A stretch of 5,548 nt of DNA from a virus (taxonomy: Duplodnaviria > Heunggongvirae > Uroviricota > Caudoviricetes), in IMG/VR virus record IMGVR_UViG_2695420478_000008, one strand, 5' to 3'. Position 1 is the stretch's first letter. Each line of letters starts with the position of its first letter. Positions 1-5,548 of this stretch are shown here, one piece after another. Below the pieces are notes generated by a model, which saw nothing but the letters and a program-made list of their open reading frames with translations, was not told the DNA's origin and did not search any database. A program made the translations under genes and the position numbers.

Positions 1-22
1 GGGATTCAGGGGGTGACGTGTC

Positions 23-763
23 ATGAAAAACATTGCGGCAGTTGGGGTTCTTGAACGTATTCGCAGACTTGCACCACAGGGGTCGGTTCCACCGTACCGT
101 ACGGTGGCGGAGTGGCGGGAATGGCAGCTTGCTGAAGGGCGTAAGCGCAGCGAGGAGGTTAATCGTCTGAATCATCAGACGCGGGTTGAAAAAATTATTA
201 ACCGCTCCGGTATCCAGCTGCTTCACCGGAAGTGTACGTTCGGTAACTACCGGGTGCAGAACGATGGTCAGCGCCATGCCCTGAGTCAGGCGAAATCCAT
301 TGCGGCAGAGCTGGAAGGCGGCTGTACGAATTTTGTTTTCAGTGGCAGGCCTGGCACAGGAAAAAACCACCTGGCGGCGGCTATTGGCAACCACCTTCTG
401 GCGAAAGGTCGCAGTGTGATTGTGATAACAGTGGCGGATGTGATGCTGGCGTTACATGGCAGCTACGACAACAAAAACTCGGGCGAAAAATTTTTGCAGG
501 GATTGTGTGGCGTTGACCTGCTGGTACTGGATGAAATTGGCATGCAACGGGATACGCGTAATGAGCAGGTCACGCTGAATCAGATTGTTGACCGCAGAAC
601 GGCATCGTTACTCAGTGTGGGGATGCTGACAAATCTTAACCATGCAGCGATGAATACACTTCTCGGCGAGCGGGTGATGGACCGCATGTCCATGAACGGT
701 GGTCGCTGGGTGACGTTTAACTGGGAGAGTTGGCGTCCGAACGTCAGCCAGCACAGGAACTGA
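23..763 (+). CDS. DnaC-like replicative helicase loader (AAA+ ATPase, DnaC/IstB family), prophage-encoded
   Basis: 246 aa, near-collinear with E. coli DnaC (245 aa) as recalled from memory. Walker [17 protein letters not shown] is at about nt 341-388 and Walker [10 protein letters not shown] at about nt 515-541. Conserved stretches include NRSGI, FxNYRV, ITVADx[22 protein letters not shown] and FNW. The in-frame stop at 14-16 just upstream suggests a preceding gene ends at the window edge. Confidence 0.9.
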   Translation: MKNIAAVGVLERIRRLAPQGSVPPYRTVAEWREWQLAEGRKRSEEVNRLNHQTRVEKIINRSGIQLLHRKCTFGNYRVQNDGQRHALSQAKSIAAELEGGCTNFVFSGRPGTGKNHLAAAIGNHLLAKGRSVIVITVADVMLALHGSYDNKNSGEKFLQGLCGVDLLVLDEIGMQRDTRNEQVTLNQIVDRRTASLLSVGMLTNLNHAAMNTLLGERVMDRMSMNGGRWVTFNWESWRPNVSQHRN

Positions 764-792
764 GAAGTAATTTTTATCCGGAGGAAGTTTTA

Positions 793-1563
793 ATGGAAAC
801 CGTATTGCATGCACTGAAAGCGATGGGTAAAGCCAATTCTGTTGAACTGGCGGCGCGGCTTGATATCAGCCGTGAAGAAGTTCTCAACGAACTGTGGGAA
901 CTCAAAGAAAATGGCGTTGTTGATAAAACGGGTCACACCTGGTTTCTGGCTGGTGAAGGTGAATCCGGGGTAACCGAAGAACAGCCAGCACAGTCTGAAG
1001 TACCGGATGTGCTGACCGGGGAGGTCGAACAAAAAGTTACCGCGGACATGATGATTGAGTTTATCTGTCAGGATGGGGCTAAAACGTGTGAGGAACTGGC
1101 GGATAAGTTCGGTGTTAGCATTCGCAAGGTTGCTTCCACGTTGGCGGTCGTAACAGCAACGGGGCGCCTGGCACGCGTAAATCAGAACGGTAAATTTCGT
1201 TACTGCATGCCGGGCGATAATTTACCAGCAGAGCCGAAAGCCGCGCTGGTAACGGAAAGTGATGGTAAGGCCTTTCCTCAGCCAGCAGGTGCTGCGTTAC
1301 CAGGCCGGGAAGCCGCAACACAGGAAGAAATTAAAACAGAAACTGTGGCGGACATTGTGCAGTCGTTGCCATCGTTTACCGAAACGCAAGCAGATGAGCT
1401 GATTTTTCCGTCCCTGCGCAGGGCAAACCTGGCGCTGCGCAGGGCGAAAAGTGATGTTCAGAAGTGGGAGCGAGTCTGCGCCGCGCTGCGGGAGCTGAAC
1501 AAGCACCGGGATATTGTTCGACAGATTACTGATTCTTCCCGCCGTGTTGTATCGGAAAAGTGA
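793..1563 (+). CDS. Hypothetical prophage protein with two N-terminal winged-helix-like modules
   Basis: ATG at 793 is preceded by GGAGGAA (780-786). The track ORF begins at 730 but that would overlap the end of the DnaC-like gene and has no RBS. Residues ~1-55 and ~95-150 both show the pattern hydrophobic helix, ELA..hG.S, hydrophobic, then G...G.hF, typical of wHTH DNA-binding domains. The C-terminal region is charged and helical. Confidence 0.6.
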   Translation: METVLHALKAMGKANSVELAARLDISREEVLNELWELKENGVVDKTGHTWFLAGEGESGVTEEQPAQSEVPDVLTGEVEQKVTADMMIEFICQDGAKTCEELADKFGVSIRKVASTLAVVTATGRLARVNQNGKFRYCMPGDNLPAEPKAALVTESDGKAFPQPAGAALPGREAATQEEIKTETVADIVQSLPSFTETQADELIFPSLRRANLALRRAKSDVQKWERVCAALRELNKHRDIVRQITDSSRRVVSEK

Positions 1564-1578
1564 TTGCCGGAGGCGCTT

Positions 1579-2001
1579 ATGGCAAAAGTATTTACACAAG
1601 AAGAGCGGGAAAAAATTAAGGGGCAGGTTGTTGAACTCGTGCGCCAGAATGGGCGCGAGACGTTACGACAACTTGAAGCTAAGACAGGTGCGACAAGATA
1701 TTTAATGAGCGTTCTCGCCAGAGAGCTGGTTGCCAGTGGCGATGTATATAACTCCGGCTACGGGCTATTTCCCTCTGAACAGGCTCGTAAGGACTGGCAA
1801 AACGCCCGCAAAAAACTCTCAAGGGCAAAGCTGAAGAAACCATCTGCGGTTGATCCGGACCTTATCTGGTCATTACCAGATGGCGAAATACGCCGCTACG
1901 ACAGGCGTCTGAACATAATCTGTCTCGAGTGCCGGAAGAGCGAAGTTATGCAGCGCGTACTGGCGTTTTATCAGGGGAATTTTGAGGAGGTGGTGCGGTG
2001 A
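1579..2001 (+). CDS. Hypothetical prophage protein with a winged-helix-like N-terminus
   Basis: ATG at 1579 with GGAGG (1568-1572) 6 nt upstream. The track start at 1564 is a TTG directly abutting the preceding stop. The N-terminal VVELVRQNGRETLRQLEAKTGATRYLMSVLARELVASGDV resembles the wHTH modules of the preceding gene. The stop overlaps the next start. Confidence 0.55.
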   Translation: MAKVFTQEEREKIKGQVVELVRQNGRETLRQLEAKTGATRYLMSVLARELVASGDVYNSGYGLFPSEQARKDWQNARKKLSRAKLKKPSAVDPDLIWSLPDGEIRRYDRRLNIICLECRKSEVMQRVLAFYQGNFEEVVR

Positions 2002-2252
2002 GTGAATCAAAATGCCAGGTTAATGGCAACAAGATAGAACCATGTGCAGCACTGGCAAAGTCCCTTGAGCATGATGCTGAATACACGATGCGAAAAGGTC
2101 TGCTGATATACAAAATCTGGAATGAGAGTTTAACTCGCGGTCCTGATTTTGTGATGTTGCGTTCCGGTGAATTTTCTAAATTACCAGTTCGGGTTTCATT
2201 TTGTCCGTTCTGTGGTGAAAGTCTGAAAACGTGGGAGAACAGAAATGAATGA
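1998..2252 (+). CDS. Small hypothetical protein with a Cys4 zinc-ribbon-like arrangement
   Basis: GTG start at 1998 overlaps the upstream stop (GTGA), with GAGGAGG (1984-1990) as RBS. Cysteines are spaced C-x9-C near the N-terminus and C-x2-C (CPFCG) near the C-terminus. 84 aa. Confidence 0.55.
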   Translation: MSESKCQVNGNKIEPCAALAKSLEHDAEYTMRKGLLIYKIWNESLTRGPDFVMLRSGEFSKLPVRVSFCPFCGESLKTWENRNE

Positions 2253-2556
2253 AATTAAAGAAATACCAGTAGTACGTGATGAATATGGCTGCTGGACGCA
2301 TCCTGAATATGAAAAATTCTGTGACGGTCGGGAATATATTTCAACGGAAGAGTTTAACGCCTGGATGGAGGAAAATAATCTTCAATACGTCCTCTGCTTC
2401 AGAGATGAAGGATGTGCTGACCTTGATGCGTGTGATGCTGATATTTCTGCATGGGAACCGGAACGACCAGAGGGCAATGGATGGTTTATTGGTTCAATAC
2501 ATGACACCGAAGATGGCCCGGTTTGTGTATGGCTGAGAAATAAGGCCGAAGCATAA
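2245..2556 (+). CDS. Small, highly acidic, Cys-rich hypothetical protein
   Basis: ATG at 2245 overlaps the end of the preceding gene by 8 nt, with GGGAGA (2232-2237) as RBS. 103 aa with about 25 D/E versus 8 K/R (counted by hand, net about -17), 6 Cys and several Trp. Confidence 0.6.
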   Translation: MNEIKEIPVVRDEYGCWTHPEYEKFCDGREYISTEEFNAWMEENNLQYVLCFRDEGCADLDACDADISAWEPERPEGNGWFIGSIHDTEDGPVCVWLRNKAEA

Positions 2557-2587
2557 AGGCTATAAACCGACTAACAACTAAATACTG

Positions 2588-2622
2588 AGGATTTAAATCA
2601 GAAACGATTTTTATTAAATCCT
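2588..2622. repeat. Perfect 9-bp inverted repeat AGGATTTAA / TTAAATCCT separated by 17 nt, in the intergenic region upstream of Q
   Basis: Read directly: 2588-2596 AGGATTTAA and 2614-2622 TTAAATCCT are exact reverse complements. No U-tract follows on either strand, so it is more likely a protein-binding site or RNA structure than an intrinsic terminator. Confidence 0.35.
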
Positions 2623-2688
2623 TAACCGGAGGGATTCCTGCACCCTCAAATCATCAGGAGGCCGCCAGAAAGGGCGGTGGAGATAATA

Positions 2689-3210
2689 ATGGGAATAACT
2701 AAAGAACGATTGTTGGAAATAGCAAACCTTAGTGATTGGGCATTAAGTGATGAGAGAATTGTTTCTCCTCATGCTTATGAGTCAGTTACAAGTATAGAAA
2801 TAACAACAATGGCTAGAATGCTGCTTGGTTATTTCAAAATAGAAAATAAAAAACAGATGGATAGTAATGTTGATATATGTGAGATTTTAGACGATTGGGG
2901 GGCTTGGGTTGTGGCTGGTAATAGTTCTATTGATTGGCAGGAAATAGCTGATAAATATAAAAATGTTGTTCCTCATGGTAAAAAATCACGTCGTCAGTGC
3001 AGCAATGATGAAGGGCGAATTATTGACATTAGTATCCTTAGGTTAGAAAGATATAAGCAACAAGAATATGAGTTAATTGTTGCTCATTTCGTGATTGGTT
3101 TATCTCTTCGTGCTATTGCAAAGCAACAAGGATGTTCAGATGGAACAATTCGTAAAAGATTGCAAAAAGCCTTAGGTTTTTTGACTGGATATATAGCAAT
3201 TACCAGTTAA
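2689..3210 (+). CDS. Late-gene antitermination protein Q homologue (QuuD-like Phage_antitermQ family) with an N-terminal extension of about 55 aa
   Basis: The C-terminal two thirds match my recollection of E. coli DLP12 QuuD: LDDWGAW, KSRRQCSNDEGRI and the C-terminal GCSDGTIRKRLQKALGFL (QuuD has CCSDGYIGKRLQKAEG). The start is uncertain: ATG 2689 has GGAG 6 nt upstream and is preferred, GTG 2677 is the track start, and ATG 2857 would give a QuuD-length protein but lacks an RBS. Confidence 0.7.
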   Translation: MGITKERLLEIANLSDWALSDERIVSPHAYESVTSIEITTMARMLLGYFKIENKKQMDSNVDICEILDDWGAWVVAGNSSIDWQEIADKYKNVVPHGKKSRRQCSNDEGRIIDISILRLERYKQQEYELIVAHFVIGLSLRAIAKQQGCSDGTIRKRLQKALGFLTGYIAITS

Positions 3211-3848
3211 GAGTCAGCGGTTTTTTTACCAGTGTAATGGTATAAGGATACTCCCATGTGTCTTACATGATATGGAAGCGCTGTTGCTGGATGCTTTGTG
3301 ATACTCTTAAAGCGGAGGGGAGAGCCTTCCGCTTCAATTTCTGCGTCCGAAACGGTCGTAGAGAAAAATTCTTTCCATTCATTGAATTTTACTGCTGATT
3401 TGTCAGACTTTATATAAATTAGAATTCCTCCATGATCGTCACGTGACGTACCCGTGCCGTAACGTTCGGTTAGCTGAATCCAGCCATTATGAATAGATTT
3501 GGGGCCTCTCCATAATTTTGCTTCACCGATCCATTCGAATTTTCCGAATTGATGTTTAACTAATAAATCAACGTGACCGCCATGTTGAGTATCATGTTCA
3601 ACATCATAAAACCTACCTTTCAGGAAATTTTTGATCGACGCTGTTAGCTCGTCCTCTCCCCACTTAGCATCTTGATAGAAGTGTTTGTCATTTTCTAAAT
3701 TCTGAATAGCGTCGTCTAAATCTTCATAGAGTTGCTTTACAAAAATATTTTTGTCTGCAGCTAATTTTCTTTGAACCATTCCCCTAAATTCAGGATCCAT
3801 TCTAATTAATGATTGAAGGTCTGCAGTACAGATGTTTACATCACTCAT
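3207..3848 (-). CDS. Hypothetical protein, third gene of the cargo operon; putative PD-(D/E)xK-type nuclease
   Basis: ATG at 3848-3846 is preceded by GGAGAG and overlaps the stop of the upstream gene (ATGAGTGA). The track's longer ORF to 3911 would overlap the upstream gene by about 70 nt. 213 aa. The motif ...EDELTASIKNFLKG...HGGHVDLLVKHQFGKFEWIGEAKLW has E65/E67, D94 and E109-A-K111 with spacing typical of PD-(D/E)xK nucleases. The fold assignment is inference. Confidence 0.6.
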   Translation of the reverse strand: MSDVNICTADLQSLIRMDPEFRGMVQRKLAADKNIFVKQLYEDLDDAIQNLENDKHFYQDAKWGEDELTASIKNFLKGRFYDVEHDTQHGGHVDLLVKHQFGKFEWIGEAKLWRGPKSIHNGWIQLTERYGTGTSRDDHGGILIYIKSDKSAVKFNEWKEFFSTTVSDAEIEAEGSPLRFKSITKHPATALPYHVRHMGVSLYHYTGKKTADS

Positions 3849-4269
3849 GCAGACTCTCCAAAAGACTCGAAGGAGTAAAGTATGGATAAAGATACTGGCT
3901 AAAATTATCAACCAATTCGCCAGTTTCTGGATGGTAAAAACTTCCTGTGTCTAAAGCATAGGAAATAAGATCATCTTCAACTGGTATTGGTTCTTCCGTT
4001 AAATTATCAATGTATTGAAAATGCATATCCAATAGATGTGCTTTATAGCTAGATAAATAATCAGTTGCTTTTATTAGCAGGATATAGTCATCTTTCGTAT
4101 CAGTTAGATAGGTTAAACCATTGATAAGGGTTTTGTATGTAAAGTGATTGATATTTTTAGCATCTTTACTAACCAGAAAAAGAAAAAGATCACGACACAC
4201 ACTGCGAACAGGATCATTAAAATCCTGCTCTATTTGCGTGATAATGTCGTGATATATACTCTTTTTCAT
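3841..4269 (-). CDS. Hypothetical acidic, Tyr-rich protein, middle gene of the cargo operon
   Basis: 142 aa. The ATG at 4269-4267 overlaps the stop of the upstream gene (ATGA) and its own stop overlaps the next start, indicating translational coupling. No recognisable catalytic motif. Confidence 0.6.
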   Translation of the reverse strand: MKKSIYHDIITQIEQDFNDPVRSVCRDLFLFLVSKDAKNINHFTYKTLINGLTYLTDTKDDYILLIKATDYLSSYKAHLLDMHFQYIDNLTEEPIPVEDDLISYALDTGSFYHPETGELVDNFSQYLYPYFTPSSLLESLHE

Positions 4270-5357
4270 TTATGGCCTGATGATCTCGCTCTTCTTTTCT
4301 CTTCACAGGACTTAACAGAATCCAATATTTTTTCAACAATAAATATAATCGAATCAATGTTGTTACAGTTCTTCGCAATTGCTTCATGCAACCTAATTCT
4401 AGGATTATCAAGCATTGTCCTTTTTCCTGGTAATATTAACTCTACTGATAAAATATGTGAAGAACTTTGTGGTAAATCCCAAATTTTTCCCAACTTAAAC
4501 TTTGTCAATATTGGGCTTGCGGACTCTCCACTATGATGGTAAACATCTTGACGCAAACACTTTTGACTTGGTTTGAGTTTTAAAGAACTTGTATTGCCAT
4601 CTGAGGTGATAAAAGATACATGAGAAATTCTGCCATCTACTTTTTCGTAAAGATCTTGTATTGAACCAAATAATTCAAGAGGATTGTTTAAAATAACGCC
4701 AGCTTCTTTTTTTATAAATTTAGCCACAAGGTATTGTTGAGGCTGTGATTCACTTCTTGGAAGGATAGATAAATCAATCGTAAGAATTAATATTTTTTCT
4801 GCAGGCATTAGCATGATGGTATTAAAGCATTGCGTGACTTGGCGTGTTTTGCATTTTATTTCTCCACCATTAGCACGTAATTCCATACCCGCATCGCTAA
4901 GATGTGTTGGGTCAAGCTCTATCACTTCAGTGTAATACGCTTTGGATAAAAAAACAGCAGTGTCAATTTGTTTATCACGAATGATATCTTGACGTAGTTC
5001 AGCAAAATGCAGCTCAGTATCAGCAACTAACAGCTCCTCTCTGGATAAAGGAGTTGGGTATTTTTCTGAGAAGGGGCTATTGTCCTTTTTCTGATTTGTG
5101 AAAATTGTTTGTAATTTTGCTACGTCTTCATCGGTGATTCTATAAATAGAAAGTAATCGATTCCCGCTAAAAATTAAACCTTTCCAGAAATCGTCGATTC
5201 TGTCTTTTAGGTCGGGATTATGCTGAACTACACTATTTACACGTTCAATAAAAAGGGGTAATCCTTGGGCCGTTACACCCAGTGATGAACCAAGAAGCTT
5301 ACGGGTGTTGCGCCAGCCAAAGCGTGAATTGATGTTTTTTACTGTTTGCTCAAGCAT
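4266..5357 (-). CDS. Hypothetical protein, first and largest gene of the cargo operon; function unknown
   Basis: ATG at 5357-5355 is preceded by a strong SD, AAGGAAG (5370-5364), with 6-nt spacing; the track start is the GTG two codons upstream at 5363. 363 aa, with no P-loop, no GS...DxD nucleotidyltransferase motif and no reverse-transcriptase YxDD motif visible. The C-terminus is basic (KRRARSSGHK). Confidence 0.65.
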   Translation of the reverse strand: MLEQTVKNINSRFGWRNTRKLLGSSLGVTAQGLPLFIERVNSVVQHNPDLKDRIDDFWKGLIFSGNRLLSIYRITDEDVAKLQTIFTNQKKDNSPFSEKYPTPLSREELLVADTELHFAELRQDIIRDKQIDTAVFLSKAYYTEVIELDPTHLSDAGMELRANGGEIKCKTRQVTQCFNTIMLMPAEKILILTIDLSILPRSESQPQQYLVAKFIKKEAGVILNNPLELFGSIQDLYEKVDGRISHVSFITSDGNTSSLKLKPSQKCLRQDVYHHSGESASPILTKFKLGKIWDLPQSSSHILSVELILPGKRTMLDNPRIRLHEAIAKNCNNIDSIIFIVEKILDSVKSCEEKRRARSSGHK

Positions 5358-5410
5358 TAACACTTCCTTAATTTTCCCTTAACAATTTAGGGTGCTAAAC
5401 TTTTTTGCGC

Positions 5411-5440
5411 AGTTTACATAAAAAAATAGTGCGTACGCAA
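5411..5440 (-). promoter_or_regulatory. Candidate sigma70 promoter for the minus-strand operon: -35 TTGCGT (5440-5435), 18-bp spacer, -10 TAAACT (5416-5411)
   Basis: Hexamers read by eye on the reverse complement. An A/T-rich tract lies between them and the perfect palindrome GCGTACGC (5431-5438) overlaps the -35. The predicted transcript start would be about 45-50 nt upstream of the ATG. Not experimentally supported. Confidence 0.25.
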
Positions 5441-5508
5441 AAACTATCTAAGGAAGGTGCGAATAAGCAGGTCATTTCTTCCCAAGCTGACTCGCTGATT
5501 AAAATTTC

Positions 5509-5530
5509 TCGGATCTGGGCCGATTTTTTT
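5509..5530 (+). terminator. Weak candidate intrinsic terminator on the plus strand: 4-bp stem TCGG/CCGA, 7-nt loop, then T7 tract
   Basis: Read directly: tcgg (5509-5512), atctggg, ccga (5520-5523), followed by ttttttt (5524-5530). The stem is short and so predicted stability is low. Confidence 0.2.
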
Positions 5531-5548
5531 CCCGCAAACACATCGAAT

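Larger units (their letters stand above)
1..5548. mobile_element. Fragment of a lambdoid-type prophage: replication gene, small accessory genes, Q antiterminator, then cargo operon. No att sites or integrase are visible in the window.
   Basis: Gene order is DnaC-like loader, then small overlapping ORFs, then a Q-family antiterminator, then an AT-rich reverse-oriented cargo operon. This is the usual layout of the early-right arm of lambdoid prophages. Inference from gene content only. Confidence 0.6.

Noticed and set aside
730-792. Upstream start (ATG 730) for the 793-1563 gene
   Set aside because: It would overlap the last 34 nt of the DnaC-like gene and has no Shine-Dalgarno, whereas ATG 793 is preceded by GGAGGAA. 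Kept as a less likely alternative.
608-1599. Minus-strand ORFs 608-814, 790-1032, 1115-1321 and 1297-1599 (68-100 aa)
   Set aside because: They lie entirely antisense to well-supported plus-strand genes, have no RBS and have low-complexity or odd composition. They are shadow ORFs.
1514-1705. Plus-strand ORF of 63 aa overlapping the 793-1563 and 1579-2001 genes in another frame
   Set aside because: Out-of-frame overlap with two better-supported genes, and an Arg/Lys-rich product typical of an alternative-frame artefact.
2276-2536. Plus-strand 86-aa ORF inside the 2245-2556 gene
   Set aside because: Alternative frame fully nested in a gene that has a proper RBS and translational coupling to its neighbour.
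3166-3186. AAAAAGCCTTAGGTTTTTT hairpin-like sequence inside the 3' end of Q, a possible bidirectional terminator
   Set aside because: The stem is almost entirely A-U with only two G-C pairs, and it lies within the Q coding region. Too weak to call without folding energies or 3'-end mapping.
3214-3227. T7 run (cagcggttttttt) just after the Q stop that looks like a terminator tail
   Set aside because: No preceding GC-rich stem, and the run lies inside the minus-strand coding sequence (it encodes the Lys-Lys near that protein's C-terminus).
3849-3911. N-terminal extension (MIILASIFIHTLLLRVFWRVC) of the 3207-3911 ORF
   Set aside because: It would overlap the upstream gene by about 70 nt. The internal ATG at 3848 has a GGAGAG RBS and a classic ATGAGTGA stop-start overlap.
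4144-4536. Plus-strand ORF of 130 aa and minus-strand ORF 4217-4411
   Set aside because: Both are antisense or out of frame relative to the coupled minus-strand genes, in AT-rich sequence where spurious ORFs are common, and neither has an RBS.
4266-5357. Possibility that the 363-aa protein is a CD-NTase-type cyclase, ATPase or HEPN protein
   Set aside because: There is no GS...DxD or GxxxxGK[ST] motif. The single R-x4-H (RQDVYH) is too weak to support a HEPN call. Left as unknown function.

Overview
This window reads as a fragment of a lambdoid-type prophage from an Enterobacteriaceae (E. coli-like) genome, with the most interesting content being an AT-rich three-gene operon of unknown function on the minus strand. 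All calls rest on reading the sequence and the supplied ORF track; no database search or computation was run, and similarities to known proteins are recalled from memory. The plus strand (1-3210) carries a DnaC-like helicase loader with intact Walker A and B motifs, four tightly packed small genes (winged-helix-like, zinc-ribbon-like and a very acidic Cys-rich protein), and a QuuD-family late antiterminator Q homologue. A composition shift near 2557 separates a roughly 50% GC left part from a visibly AT-rich right part (estimated by eye). The minus-strand operon (5357 down to 3207; proteins of 363, 142 and 213 aa) is translationally coupled by ATGA and ATGAGTGA overlaps, sits in the cargo slot downstream of Q, and ends stop-on-stop with Q. 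Its last gene has an E...D...E-x-K arrangement consistent with a PD-(D/E)xK nuclease. I could not assign it to any named system; it is the best candidate here for an undescribed anti-phage defence or abortive-infection module.
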